Part shown: positions 12,474 through 12,750 of the stretch, one piece after another | How positions within the stretch are numbered: position 1 is the stretch's first letter | Layout of the letters: every line of letters starts with the position of its first letter | Virus genome (UHGV): UHGV-1339304 | Length of the DNA: 12,750 bases | From: a virus | Reading direction: 5' to 3' (one strand) | The notes under the pieces: generated by a model | Seen by the model: the letters and a program-made list of their open reading frames with translations, nothing else | Databases searched by the model: none | Told to the model about the DNA's origin: nothing | Translations under genes and position numbers: made by a program

Positions 12474-12750
12474 GCGCCGGGATTTACCCCCTAACCTTTA
12501 TATAAGAAACAATGGATATTACTGCTACAGGGACCCAAGGACGGGTAAAGAGTTTGGATTAGGCCGAGACAGGAGGATAGCAATCACTGAAGCTATACAG
12601 GCCAACATTGAGTTATTTTCAGGACACAAACACAAGCCTCTGACAGCAAGAATCAACAGTGATAATTCTGTTACGTTACATTCATGGCTTGATCGCTACG
12701 AAAAAATCCTCGCCAGCAGAGGAATCAAGCAGAAGACACTCATAAATTAC
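12451..12750 (+). CDS. int: integrase Int, tyrosine recombinase (N-terminal 100 codons; continues beyond the window)
   Basis: Below the ORF track because it is open to the window end. ATG 12451 gives MGRRRSHERRDLPPNLYIRNNGYYCYRDPRTGKEFGLGRDRRIAITEAIQANIELFSGHKHKPLTARINSDNSVTLHSWLDRYEKILASRGIKQKTLINY, matching the lambda Int N-terminus. Confidence 0.9.
   Translation, partial: MGRRRSHERRDLPPNLYIRNNGYYCYRDPRTGKEFGLGRDRRIAITEAIQANIELFSGHKHKPLTARINSDNSVTLHSWLDRYEKILASRGIKQKTLINY

Noticed and set aside
1-12750. That the window is simply phage lambda
   Set aside because: Only xis, int and short regulatory junctions match lambda closely. CI, Cro, N, the operators, nut sites, the replication module (DnaB helicase, direct-repeat iterons) and the erf/ssb recombination module differ from lambda.

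Overview
This window reads as the early/regulatory half of a lambda-like (lambdoid) prophage, in inverted orientation relative to the standard lambda map. The rightward pR operon lies on the minus strand (cro, cII, O-like initiator with internal iteron origin, DnaB-type helicase, small membrane ORF, ninB, HNH endonuclease). The leftward operons lie on the plus strand (cI from pRM; then pL, nutL, N, small accessory ORFs, cIII, kil-like, erf, ssb, several ea-type accessory ORFs, xis, int). The regulatory grammar can be read directly: OR/OL operators with an AATAC-N5-GTATT consensus, pR/pL/pRM, identical boxB hairpins at nutL and nutR, CII-type TTGC-N6-TTGC motifs at pRE and pI, and an oop-like antisense RNA with terminator at the cII 3' end. 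The phage is mosaic: xis, int and short junction segments look lambda-identical, whereas the immunity, replication and recombination modules are heterologous. I did not find a convincing multi-gene defense system. The best candidate for something undescribed is a small multi-pass membrane protein coupled to the 3' end of cI, in the slot lambda uses for rexAB. Secondary candidates are a structured RNA element with terminator in the pL operon, small acidic proteins in the Ral slot, and the ea-region accessory genes. Three runs of N (21, 22 and 67 nt) interrupt ORFs and limit interpretation there. All protein-family calls are from motif recognition by eye and recalled sequences; no database search was run.
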